A stretch of 64,000 nt of DNA, taken from contig NMRA01000446.1 in NCBI GenBank assembly GCA_002633005.1, positions 1-64,000 of the forward strand, read 5' to 3'. Below, piece after piece: positions 1 to 12,900 of this stretch. How positions within the stretch are numbered: the first letter of the stretch is position 1; every line of letters starts with the position of its first letter. This DNA is from Phoronis australis (Eukaryota > Animalia > Phoronida). The notes beneath the pieces were generated by a model, which did not search any database, had not been told where the DNA came from, and saw only the letters and a program-made list of their open reading frames with translations. Position numbers and translations under genes: made by a program.

Positions 1-690
1 AACATGTAATACCAGAAAGGAGGATGTTGCGGCGGTTCCTCACAAAGAAGAACGGGACAAAAATTCGGATGTAATGTGGTCCAGCAAAGGAACGTTCCCT
101 CGTTATCTCCTGCTAAAATTTTAAATCAGTCATGCTTAAATGAGTGATTACACCTCATTACATGCTCGGACGGAAATATGAAGTTCAGTTGGAGAATGAC
201 TTGACGAAGTTGTTTACCTTGTTGTATTTTTGCGTGTTAATGAAAGTTTCTTACATCGCTGAAAATGGGAGCATCTCACTATTTCGAAACGTTTAAAAGT
301 ACTCCGAAGATTCACTAGTTCGAAGATTCTTTACTCTGAAGGTACATTGCTCCGAAAATATCTAACTTTCAGACTTAGGTGATAGTTTAGTTATTAGATG
401 CACCTATATCAAAAACAACGCCCGGGTACAAAAACACTTTGTTTCGATTGCATGTAAACAGTGACCACAGCCTAGCTGACCAGTACAACAAGAGATGGTG
501 GTCACTTATTTTCAATGCGCATGCGACATTGCCCGCATGTCTTAACACGGAAAAATGATTACACATTTGCATTTTTAAAAGAATATAAAGTAGGAATATT
601 GATGAATAATGAAAAACGATACATTCAATCAAATCCCTGTCAAGATCGCATCGCTGCACGACTGAAAAGTTTAGAGTCGCTGTGCCTCAA

Positions 691-745
691 CCTAATCTGA
701 AGAAACTCGCGCACGGCCGAGTCGAAACTAAATGTAGTTAGTAGG
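691..745 (+). ncRNA. Type I hammerhead ribozyme-like motif
   Basis: CCUAAU-CUGAAGA-A[ACUCG loop CGAGU]C-GAAA-CUA(AAUG)UAG-UU-AGUAGG. Both core boxes are intact, stems II and III pair, stem I pairs 5/6, cleavage triplet GUU. Confidence 0.7.
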
Positions 746-1149
746 CCACCCTGTCTCCGACAGTCTTCACAAAATCAGGGAGTCCCATTCAGTCTTCTTA
801 GATTTAAAACCGTCGTTGGTCGCCACAGCCCTGATCCCATGGGAGGCGCAGCAATGAAACAAGTGGGGGGGGGGGCGGTGGGGCGGATACGGCCCGATGC
901 CACGTGAAGCGCTTTGAATCAGCAGCAGTTTCAAAATTATTACCAAATTAGTTGCAACTGTAATTAGTAGCAGCAGTACCTGCAACAATTTTTTGTTGTT
1001 GTCCATCTATTCGTTATGTAAAAATATCTTTAGCGGATATGCTGGGACTGGACCTTTTCAGCAGGGGGGAGGGTTGATCGATCCCCCCGAACCCCACATG
1101 GGTATGGGCCTGGTACCCGACTGTTTCGTACGCGGTGCCAACTGAAGGA

Positions 1150-1402
1150 GACTGGGGGGCCAGGGCACAGGAATAACCAAAATTTCGCCATATGCGCGCG
1201 CCCAGCCTAAAATGTAGGGATGCAGGGGTCTCGAATTTTTGGGTTTGTGCACCTTTTTACTAAAAAATAGGGTGACCGGCATTTGTTCAAGGCTTATGGA
1301 TTGTGCATTCGCCCCCCGAACCCCGTTGGGTGCGCGCATATGCTAGTCAGCAATTAGCACCCCGAACTGCCGAATGACACCCCCCCCCTAAATCCGCCAC
1401 TG
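1150..1402 (+). mobile_element. Nested MITEs: family-B element (1191-1340) inside a family-A element
   Basis: Outer sequence matches 15944/45098 (GGCCAGGGCA...TAAATCCGCCACTG). Inner element has TIR TATGCGCGCGCCCA/TGGGTGCGCGCATA, like 60642. Confidence 0.65.
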
Positions 1403-3829
1403 TGCCGAAGTTAAAATTAAATTGTTCAGTTCCTTTTGCTCTCCAATCTATACTGCCCTCTTGTGGTGAACTTAAAGTCGTCAACCTTCAGTTTTGGCTT
1501 ATATTTTAATACGTCTTATCACAATATGTTTTAATTGTTTCTTGGGTTACTCCAACTTTTATAGAACTAGTAACATCTACACGCTATGTGATTTTCAGTA
1601 TTGCAACGCTACCCTACGTAAGCTTGTTCTCAGTTTTATGACTGGATTATCTCAATATGTGAATCCTGTAATCACTGTCATCAACCATTCTGACTTTCGC
1701 TCCTTTTACTGTTTGAATGTAGTTATGTTATTAATCTTGGGTTTTATAGTCTCGTTTTTCTCTCCTTCATTAGATTACTTTGTGTTTATGTTGTATTGTT
1801 CTGTACATGGATAACTGTAAAGTTCGCAATAAAGATATTCATCCATAAAATTCCCACATAATCAGTCTTTCGATAGGTTGTGGTTTCCAAGCAGTGAGGC
1901 ATGACTTGTCACTCCCTTCCGACAACCTGATAGTAAGGTGAGCAAATGCAAAACAAAATCACCATTGTACTCTAAACAGAGCAAACCTCTGGCAAAATGT
2001 TGAATTGTCATGGCTTACTGAAAAGTTACTCCCAAAAACTTAAAGACTAGAATATTTATAAAACAGATTAATTCCGTTGAACAGTGTCAGATTTATGTTA
2101 TCTGGATGGTGAGGACGTCAAATTTTAACGCTTTGTCGTCTACACAAGAAATTACGTATTTTCCATAAAGTACCGGACGGATAAGGAAACATAGGGGCCA
2201 TCTACCTGGCTTACAAATTTCACCGGAATCGTAATACGCTAATGTTGCAGGACCTTGTCGGCAAGTTTGTTCAATTTTCCAAATGTCTACAAAATTATAG
2301 ATTGTAAGTAAAAAAGTATAAATTTTCTGAAAGTAAAGTCTTAAGAGTTTGAGTTTTGACTTTGTTCCAATCTGCCCTCCACTACGGCATGTGATCCTGT
2401 CCTTTTTAGTGAAAAAAACTCAATGCCACATGTACATTTACAGGAAACCGAAGGTATCGTTAAAATAACCAAATTTCTTTCTTCAGGTGAAATCAAAAAG
2501 TGCTGTATGTTGTCTAAGGTTCTGTTTTTTTTTGTGAATTTGCAGTTCTTTAACAGGAATTTAGCTGTTATAGTCCATCTTGCAAAAGTAAAACTTTTTA
2601 AAAACAATTTGGTCTGTAGTACGTATGGTGCATTAAGCGTAATGTCTAAAATATTTGAAACTGCTCAGCCACTTCTAAGTTAAGACGTTCGGTGTTAGCT
2701 TAATTTGGACATTTTCTATGGTCTATGTTAACTGGCTTCGCTAAAACTCACTCCAGTTCAAAACAGAGTTCTGAGCTGCGGACGAGCTGTTAGTGCACAT
2801 ATATTATGCTGATTTTTAAATCAAAGTCAACGCGTTGCTTGAATTGAATAAGGTTATAGTCTCCTACTATTGCCATTTTGCACTAAGTGTGACGCTTTTG
2901 ATAATTTCGTTTTTGATAATTAATATATCACACAATTTCAACACAATTAAATAGTTGAGATTTCTTGGGCTGGCCCCCAAAACCCAGAATGAGTTTTTCT
3001 CACATGACCTGTAATATGTTACGACATGACTGGTTAATAACACTGACTGAGTACGTAATTATTTGATATTACATGGGCGAATCACAAAGAAGTGCAAAGT
3101 AGAAATCCACACGCCTTACATTTTATCGTCTGCAAAACACTAAACAACCAAACGCACGCCAATCAAACAATGCCGGAATTTCGAGGTGACAAGGTTATGA
3201 TTGACAAATCTGGTGTCGCAGCTGCACGTAATCCCAGTCGGAGGAACATGCAAGCAACTTCTTAAATGCCCATCATCATCAGCAAATTCCATATCCACGT
3301 TCATTCAAACGGAGACGAGCCCAACTCAAGAAACGCGACGAAACGGTCTAGCTGTCTCAAGGTCAATTCAGTGCTCACGCGCGGGGGAGCCTTGCTGGCT
3401 GTTATTTATAAACATTTTTTAAGTTTTAATATTGCAATTTCAAAGACTATTTATTAGATTCTAAGTTGAATATTTGCTACGAAAATTGAATGCAATTTAC
3501 AATGAATAAACTGTAAAAAAAAACTATTAGAAAAAAGTAAGTGAATTAATTTACATTGCGCAAGCGTGTTTTTACAAAATTTGCGTCATGTGGTTGAAAG
3601 TTTTAAACACGTCAACATTTTCAGCAAAAAAAGATCGCTTTTACGGTTCATGTGAAAAAAAAAACAACAAATCCTACACTCGTTTCAGATTGATGACATG
3701 GGAAAACTTCTTGGAAATTTCGTCAAAATTCCTCGGCAAGCCTCGGGATATTGACAAAATTTCCAAGAGGTTTTGCCGATGTCATAAACTTGAGACTCGT
3801 GTAGAATTCTCTATTTGTGTGTCACAGGC

Positions 3830-4860
3830 CGTTTAGTAACCAGTAACTTCTATTTGAATCACATGGAATTGTTTATTGTGGTATCTCGAATGCATCAGCA
3901 AGCTCCTTTTTGGGCGTCGTTTTTTAGTTTCTGGCGGACCCTTTCCGGAGATGAATTTGTTCGTCGTGGGTCATCCGTTGTTCATTGTGGCACGATTATT
4001 GGTTTAAGTCAGCCAGTACCTCGAATACCTAATGTAGCTCAAACTTTCAATGGCACATCGTGGTTGAGATTTTTGGGGCTTTCAGGCGGGCACAACCCAA
4101 AAGGCATTTAGTGACCAGTGGCATGTATTTATTCACATGGAATTGTTTTTGTGGTACCTCGAATGTATGAGCTAGCTCATTTTTGGGGAGGTCCTTTTTG
4201 GTTTACAGGCTTGTATGTCATGGGGCATTCGGCGTTCAGTGCGGTACTATGATTCGTTTAAAATCAGTTGGTACCTCGAATATCTGGTCTAGCTCAAATT
4301 TTCACTGTGACATACCGTGGTTGACATTTTTGGGGTTTCTGCGGGCACAACCCTGAGTTTATTTTGTCTGTCATGGAGCATTTAGTGATCAGTGACATGA
4401 ATTGAACCACATGAAGTTGTTTTTGTGGTACCTCGAATGTATGACCTAGCTCGTTGGGGGGGGGGGTCATTTTTCGGTCTCTGCCGGACGTTTTCCATAA
4501 ATTTACTGCAATGTGTTTGTCATGGGTCATTCGGAGTTCATTGTGGTACTATTGATCGTTTTAATTCAGTTTTAGCTGGTATCTCCAATATGTAACCTAA
4601 CTCAAATTTTCAAAGGCATACCGTGGTTGACATTTTGGTGGGTTTTGGCAGGCAAATTCCAGAGGGCATTTTGTCTCTCATGGCGCATTTATAGTCATCA
4701 GTGACGTGCACTGAATCACATAATTTTTTTTGTGGTACCTCGAATGTATGAGCTACCTCATTTTGGGGGGGTCCTTTTTGGTTTCTGCCGCACCCATTTC
4801 AGAGTGCAATTTGTCTAGCCGGGTTTCAAGTTTTGGTACCTCGAATCTAGATCATTTTTG
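3830..4860. repeat. Diverged tandem array, about 275-305-bp unit, about 3.7 copies
   Basis: GTGGTA(C/T)CTCGAATG recurs near 3878, 4151, 4426 and 4732; CGTGGTTGA(C/G)ATTTT recurs with the same period. Confidence 0.8.
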
Positions 4861-5049
4861 GACGGCCATATCCAATGCCGTCGTGACTACGAACTTGTAT
4901 GCGCCCGGTATGAATTTAAGCAATCACTATCTGCCCATTGTTTGCCAACCCAAGACCTCACAAACAGTTTGGTCAGCACATGACCTGCGGCCGCATCACG
5001 TGACCTAATGAACATGATGTGGCCACAGGTGGCGGCCTGGCCAAACTTA

Positions 5050-5800
5050 GAAACATAATACACATTTCCATATCTGTATAAGATTTATATATTAATATGA
5101 GTCTAGAATATAGAGAACACCATGAGTCGTAACTGAAAGGACAACGTTTCGCAAGCTCTGCTGGCTTTTCCAAGCCTTTTCGATCTCTGTTGGAGTTGAG
5201 AAAATCGACGGTAATCTTTATAGTCAGAATCCTGTCCCAGGTTTGTGATTGGTTGAATCTCACGCCTCCTCTTTTATTCAAACATGGATTTTCAATTCTT
5301 TCGTATAATACACTTCTTGAAAGCCTACCCCCGTTCAAACCAAGTTTTCCCCATGCCAAGACCTTGTCAAGGTCAAAGTTGTGACTAGTCGATACCTGCC
5401 GTAGCTAGCCCGACGATGTTGGGACAACCGTATTTTGAAGGACTGTCTAGTTTCAACTGCATAAGTTTCAGAGGGGTTCTCCACACCGTATTCCGCAGAC
5501 CATATTAGGTATCTTTTCCTTAGGGTACGCGACTTTTTGTCTCAAACTGCCAACAGGTTTGAAGGACGTAGTGGTATCAAAAGCCATGAACACAGATCGT
5601 AGTTGTTCAGAAAGTCTTTATACATAAGGAATAGACTATCCTCGCCAATGACTGATCTGGTTGAGGAGCGTCAATGTTGTTAATTTCCAATATTTGTGTT
5701 CTGCAGGTAGCCTTGCCAAAGACCCAACATGGGTATTCGCACAATTTCAGAGAGTCACCGATCCTGTGTTTTACTAATGTCCTGTCATTGTCGTCATAGG
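5050..5800 (-). mobile_element. Penelope-like retroelement relic (GIY-YIG endonuclease region and 3' pLTR)
   Basis: Degenerate translation: SIPYV*RLSEQLRSVF...FKPVGSLRQK..PKEKIP...TYAVETRQSFKIRLSQHRR...YERIENPCLNKRGGVRFNQSQTWDRIL. Contains stops and frameshifts; followed by a hammerhead-like motif. Confidence 0.85.
5136..5179 (-). ncRNA. Degenerate minimal hammerhead motif in the Penelope pLTR
   Basis: AAAGGC-UUGGAAA-A-GCCAGC(AGA)GCUUGC-GAAA-CG-UU-GUCCUUU. U3/A8 variant core with A6 changed to G, so probably inactive. Confidence 0.5.
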
Positions 5801-6040
5801 CAATCAGGTCCGCCTGGTGGTATAAGGTACGATTTTATATGTTATGGTCAGATGTAAGCGTTCCGATTTTTTTTTAGTCCACCGACGGATTTTCGGAACA
5901 GAAGGTCCACATCCTCGGCCGGGCAACCTTTCGGGCCGCCTGTGCACGTACAGTCCAGCTTTGCCCGGTTCCGCGAGACAACATGTTGTCCCCCGAGACA
6001 ACATGTTGTCCCCCCGTATGGTATCCTAGGTCCGCCACTG

Positions 6041-6420
6041 GAGACTCAACTATGTTCCTGAATCTTGTGCGTATTAGTTTCGTTCTTTACTCACAGAGGT
6101 ACTATTTTTCTATCATTTTATCTTTATTATAAGCTCCTCCTTGACCAATGACATTTTCTAATAATATAACTGAAAGCAAATCCCTTAATTCAGTAAAAAA
6201 TAATTAGAGACTTAGTCCTTAAATTAGGGGAGTTGCACGAAAAGATCCCTTCTTATTTTCAATAACATTGAGAATTCAATGTAAAATTCACTCTCGATTT
6301 GTATCAGAGCCAAAAGTTGACTTTACGTGAGTCAAACAACACAAGACAATCAATGTTTTCACTAACTCACAAATTCGCAGCAGATTTAGGAAACTTAGTT
6401 GAGTTCCTATTTGGACACAG
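6041..6420 (-). mobile_element. MITE, inverted copy of the 62184-62625 element
   Basis: GACTCAACTA...TAGTTGAGT inverted ends. The internal ATTTTTCTATCATTT...AATGACATTTTCTAATA block matches the reverse complement of 62460-62530. Confidence 0.7.
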
Positions 6421-6465
6421 CAAACTTCATTTCACTAAAAACTCTAATAACTATACTATCTACAA

Positions 6466-6804
6466 CGTATGCTATTTTCCATTTGAAATCTGACTCGGAT
6501 GACTTTTAAAACCGATATAAAAACACATACATTTACAAACGTCCATATCTGTTTAATATACGAATAACAGTACACTACAAAACTAAGCCATGAACATGAA
6601 ATTGAAACATTGACTTTTCCTAGGCTCAAGGGTAACCATATGCAGCGTATGCTATTTTCCATTTGAAAACTGACTTGGATGACTTTAAACACCAACACAA
6701 ACACACAGACATTTACAAACGTCCAAATTACTGTCAAATATACGAATTCACGACAAAACTAAGCCATAAACATGAAATTGAAACGTCGCCTTTTCCTAGG
6801 ATCA
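6466..6804. repeat. About 180-bp tandem duplication at the CYP4 stop codon and 3'UTR
   Basis: CGTATGCTATTTTCCATTTGAAA at 6466 and 6646; both units end TTTTCCTAGG. Confidence 0.9.
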
Positions 6805-6907
6805 GTCCCATGATGAAAACTTAAACTTCAGAGGCTTGCTCGATTCCATTACAGCAGTTAGCTGGAAGGGTCGTTCTTCGTCCGGTGATTCAAGGGAAAC
6901 CATATAC
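6802..6907 (-). CDS. CYP4: CYP4 terminal exon 12 ([34 protein letters not shown])
   Basis: Phase-2 acceptor TTTCGTAAG; length and beta-strand pattern fit a P450 C-terminus; TGA at 6804-6802. Confidence 0.8.
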
Positions 6908-9900
6908 CTTACGAAACAGAGTACAGAATTACATGTTTACTCCTGTGGCCATACTATCATCTTTAATTCCTGGTAACTTAAGTAGCCCACAATAAACAAG
7001 AGGATTGACGAGCCTTGAAATTCGCCTACGACTGCACCACACAGTGTTCTTCTAGGGGTGTTTATTAGTATCATAAAAGTGGCCGTTAGATGGCCCAAAA
7101 TACTTCAAATACGTCCCAAACAGCGAAGGTGTGGCCGTCTGCTGAATACAAAGCTATTAGCCAAAGATGACAGAAACGAACGCGAAAACAATTGGCACTA
7201 GCTGAAGGTGAAACGGTAGTCCAACCCATTTGTGTCATTATCAAATGTTCAGTAGATCTTGCAAGGGGGCTAAAGAGATACAGCCACAGATGCAAAAAAT
7301 GTCACTAAGGGGCACCACTGTAGTTTTAAACATGTGAAAATCCACGTCAATTGTGCTCTTGTCAGTAGGAGTACACCCGCCTATTTTCATAATGATCATC
7401 TGAGCATGGTGACGTAGGCTACGTATAAAGAGGCAGCCGACCAGAAATAATAAAAATGGCCACTAGGGGGCGCAGAATATGTTGAGTCCATCCACACATA
7501 GAAAGGCACCGTGCCCATCATAATAAAAACTTGCTTTCCAAATTTCACAACAAAACGTTTGGACATACAGAGGAAATCGTAAATTGCCACTAGGGGGCAC
7601 AGCAATAGTCGCCCAAAAGTTACATTTATACGATAAGGCTTGCAAAATTTCACTAAGATGCTGCTAACTATTTAGGAAACGAGAAAAACGCAAACACGAT
7701 AAAATCATTACCAGGGGCGCCAGTTGCCAGGCCATCCAAAAATCAACATTAGCCATAACCTTCTCATCAGGAACACATCTGTTAATTTTTCAATCCTCAG
7801 AGCAGTTTTGGGGATACAGAGGTGGATGCCAAACACAGATTCAAAGAAATAAAAACAGTAGCGCAACTGAATCCACCTGACCAAGAATATAGCACCCTTG
7901 TCTCATTAATAGAAACCTATTTGCCTAATTCCATGTAAATCCATCAATGAACTCCGAAGATACAGATGCAAAGGTAAAACGTAAAAGTAGGGTGCACAGG
8001 GATGGGACTGCTCACAAACTCGTGGTCATCCATTAAAAGCTCCATAGGAACACACAAAGATCCTGCAACAAATCAAATCGCCACTAGGGGGAACCAAAGT
8101 GGTTAAACCGGTCCGAAAATCAACGTCAGCCGCAGCCTTCTCATTAATAACACATCTGTCAAGTTTCACCCTGATCCTTTGAACGGTTTGGCGGACAGAG
8201 AGGTGGACGCCAAAACTGAACTCACTTTTTTAAAACACAAAACGCCCACTAGCTCGATATGAAAATCCGACAAAAAATTACGAAGATACAGAGGAAACTG
8301 TAAAAAAAAAAAAACATTGCCACTAGGGGACCCATCGGTAGTCGGATCCGTCAGAAATTTGACTTGATCTTTCATCTTCATAAGAACACATCTTCCTAAT
8401 GTCATCATAAATCCTGCAGAGCGCTTAGGAGATACAAAAGCCGATGTCGGACGCTCTGACGCTAGGCTTTCGGACGTCCAGACTGGAAATGACGGCAATA
8501 TGCACCCACATGTATTTATGTGGGCACATAAAAACAACGATATTCCCGTTCAACAATAAGTTGACTTTTGTCCTCAAGGTATAATCACAGGCACTCGAAG
8601 GATTAAGAGACTCTCAAAAGATAATAATGAAGGTGTTTGTTATAAAAGTGTCACATAATGGAAAATGGTAAAAATATGTTATTATACAAATGGGACAGCA
8701 ATAATTTGACGTTGGCAAAAGAGTAAAGATAACTTATTCACCTACCTTTGAATCACGCGACTAATCAAAACTTTAATCTCCAACTGAGCAAAGTTTTTGC
8801 CAATGCAATTTCTGTAAAATGCGACAAGTAATAGATGTAGTTTTGTGGGACTACAACAATCAAACATACCTGTAATCAGCCAAATTATACGCAATAGCGT
8901 TTTCACCGCTACGATAGCGAATTCTATGAACAGCAAAAATTACTGGCAATAACTATTAGGGCGTATCATGGTATCTGAATGTAAGTTTCATATTATAATC
9001 TGATCAACTATTTCACAGAAATGATGTTTGAGGGTAGCCAAATGTGCACATTTTTCTAAGGTCCAATGTAACCTTAATGACGTAATATAATATTTTTTTG
9101 CGCCACATCGTAATTAGTGATTAACTGTTGTGTTATGTTATCATAAGAATCTGTTTTAAAAACATGCTGGCTGTCGTCACGTACCTCGGACCAGCAGAGA
9201 ACGGAATGAATGCGTGTGGATCCCGTTTGAGGCAGTTCTCCGGAGAAAATCGCTCTGGATTAAATTTCTGAAAAGTTGACAAAGTCAATTGGCTGGCAAA
9301 GCTCAGGATCCCATGCAAAGGTCAGGGTCCCATGCAAAGGTCAGGGTCCCGTGCAAAGTCGGGCTCTTTAGGCCCAAGACTACGCCTAAAATAACTATAA
9401 CAAAACCAATGGTTTCTATGTTTACTCCTACGTCAAATTTTAAAGAGAATGCAGGAGCCTAATTGTCTCGGTCGCTAGATTGAATGACCTGGATAGAGTT
9501 CAACAACGCTAGGACCTCGCTAGAAAACCAAGAATTTGCGAGATTACGCGTCAGATATCGTCGTGTATTTCAAATGAGAATATTAAGTGATTTTAGCTAG
9601 GTTTTTCCAGCCACGATACAGCTACTGAAGTCTACCCTGTAAACAAGGTGTGAATGATGACGTGATTGTAATTTAACAGCTCCTGGTTAGTGCGCTTCCG
9701 TGTAATGTCTTGCAGAGGGTCTACGCACATGGTCCAATATTTGCATTCACAAAGAAGCACTTCTCTTATACAAAGCAACAACATTTGTAAACACAAGGAA
9801 ACACTGGGGCGTGAAATATAGATATCATATTTTCATTTCAACCAACTCACGTTGGGGTCTTCCCAAATGTGTGGATTGTGGTGAAGTGCATACAAATTGA

Positions 9901-12900
9901 CGGCAATATTTGTTCCAGCCAATAGTTTGTGTCCGTGGACTTCTACATCTTCCTCTAGGCGTCGCTGTATTGTAGGCACCGTGGAGTATAAACGCGTGCT
10001 TTCTTTGATACACTGCGATAGAAACGTCAGGCGAGGGATGTCGTCCCTAAAAGATTTAAGCACAGAGACTCGATGACGCCACTATAGTTCATGCACACAT
10101 TTCGATCCACGGCATGCGCCCTCATCCAAAGTAATTGTAAATTTTTCAAGAGAACATTTTTGCACAAATGTGTCGCATGCGCCAAAGCTACACCAACTTG
10201 CACCGTACATGTACGCAGGTGTCTACTGAACATTACATTAGCGCCCGTGTCTTAAAAAAGGTGTATGGGTCCCAAACGATCAATTTATTCAGAATTGTAG
10301 ACACATCTTCTACTTTGTAATGGATAAATTAATCAAATGTACTTGTTGGTTTTACTCAAGTGTACGGATAGTGACGCCGTTCCACGTGCAGGTGCATCAC
10401 CATACTAAGTAGGCGCACATATACAGCTTCGTCTGCAGATAAAAACGTGACCAAATGTCTGCCTTGGACATGGTATGCCAATAAAGATTTTGGGTTGGCA
10501 AGATTGCTGTTGTTGGCAGTTTTTGTTTGACATATCATAACAATTTTAAACGATTGTAAGCCTACTTAACAACATTTTGGAATAACAAAAGCATCATTTT
10601 CCAACGATTCTATTTCGCGCGTGCTTACCAAGTGATCTCAGGCGTTTCTCTACCGGCTATTATTGAGTCCACTTCCTCTTTCACAGCCTCTTGGTATTGC
10701 GGGTGTGTAGCTAGACAATATAACGTCCACGAGATGGCGCTGGCAGTTGTGTCATGACCTTAAAATAAGAGAATCAACCGAGAGAAAACGTTTAATAATG
10801 ACTGTTTTAAAAATAGTGTAGTTCCATTTCAGATTAAAGGAGAATGCCACCCGATTTATTTCGTTTTTTTTTTAACCATCTTAATCCGCGGTCTTTATCC
10901 ACATCACCTCGTATACGGACGATCTCTTTTCGCCGAGAGGTGTTGCGTTAACCTGTGAGTAAGGTGAGCACACGAAGCAGCGACGTCAGTTGTTTTTCAG
11001 CTGAGTGTGTGCCTCTATGCTGTGGGGGTATCGTTCCCGCTTGTGCGAACTATGAAGCTGCGAGGAAAAAGGGTATTATCGGTTTTTCGATTTTCTCGAG
11101 AACTTGAAATGCTTCGCAAGTGGTTCGCAGCAGTAAAGAAAGAAAGCACACCTTTAATACCAATTATGAGGCCGTGAAATATCTCTGTGTCTGTGGGCAG
11201 CATTGTTCTGCTTCAAAATGAGTTAGGAAGTCGCAACGGCTTAACCAATATATTGATAAAACTGAAACAAAGTGTCTCGAAAGACTGTCTCAGTAGACAA
11301 TTTGTAATGCCTTTGGAGTGTTCGTGAGTGCAAAAATGTTTTGAGAAACCAGCAATAAATAAATCATACTGCGTTACCGGTTTAAAATGCAATAAAACTA
11401 ATAGTCCAAATGCGGATTTATTTGCGGTTGTCGTAAACAGCTATGACGTTACGTGTGGGGGGACAGAACCTGCCACATTTGTCATTGTATGCTGCCTCCT
11501 TCGTCTCGCGTTGGATATTTTATTATTTTAAGTGTTAACAGAAAGTTTTGCGTCGGCGACTGTGCCATCGACAGCTTCGTCGGTGGTTATTAGATCGTAG
11601 AATCAGAGCAGGGAGCCAGTGTAGTACAATAGGAGAGTTCACTTATGAGTTCGATGTTATCGCTGCTACTAGCGCCACAAAGTAGCGAATAAGTAGCGGT
11701 CATGAACGAAGCTCGAGAACAATGGCGAAGAGTGCCTTTTGCAGTGCAACAAATTACACAAATTCATTCACGAAAACACCAGACGTGTCAATTCTAAAGT
11801 TTCCTAAGGATCCATGCAGAAAGGTAAGGATTATTTGTTATTCAATAATATGATACACTGTCTTTCATTTTATGTGTTCTGTTCATGGTTGGAAGACAAG
11901 TCGATCCCAGTACCAGTGCCACTGTCGTCTGCAGTGTAGGCTACTGCACAGCCAGGTTGCTGGCGGAAGGACTATGATTAACGGTGTGATCGTCATCTTG
12001 TTTGGATATTTGCAGTCCATGTATTCCAATTAAAATCAAAATTTCAACATCATTTCACAATGAAAGTATTGGGACATCATATGTAGAAAGGACAAGTGTT
12101 CAAAAACTTTTTCAAACTTTTACTAAGGTTGATCAGGTTTAAGCATTTAATGAAAGGTTAGCCTGTGATTTGGAGCGAGTCAAAGTAAAACTGATGTAAT
12201 TTTCAGAGTCTGGATGGAGGCTGAAATTTTGATCAAACCCATGCTAAAATATTTGAAACAAACTATCAAACAGAATTTTTTTAAAAATAAACATTTCTAG
12301 AGCAAAAAGTTTCCTAGATGACGTGCTTCTTCTATTGTGCTCTTGTCTACGCTGATTTGGCAGAACAGCCTCATTGTCAGAAGTCATGTTGTTTTGTCCC
12401 ACCTTTGCTGAGCTAAGGATTCAGACTCAGCGGGTACTTCCTGATGACAAACACCTCTGTGAGTAAATTAGTTTTCACATTTATTTGTAACGTAATTCTT
12501 TGACGAAAAGAGCCGTTGTTTACTAGTGAATTATCAGAGAATGAGAAGATTGGTCAGATTTTCCAGTTGTCTTGGTATCTGTGTTGCCTATTTTGTACGT
12601 TTTTGGAGATTGTGATTAATATAAGCCCCAGTTGTGGCTGGGTAACAGATATGATCCGTGGTCAGGCTGTAATTTACCTGAAATATTTACTGTTACTGAT
12701 AAGAGGAACACTGGGCAAATGAAACCAAATTTTAGTCTTGTCACACAAGTCTCTAGTTCAGTTTTGTTTGAAGTTGTGTGGGTAGTGAATATTTTCATCG
12801 CTGTTCAGTATCTCTTAAAATATTTTGTCATCACATTTCGCAACTTTGCTAATACGTTTTTTTAAGTTGTGAGCTATTCTACAGATTGGCAACTGACTTG

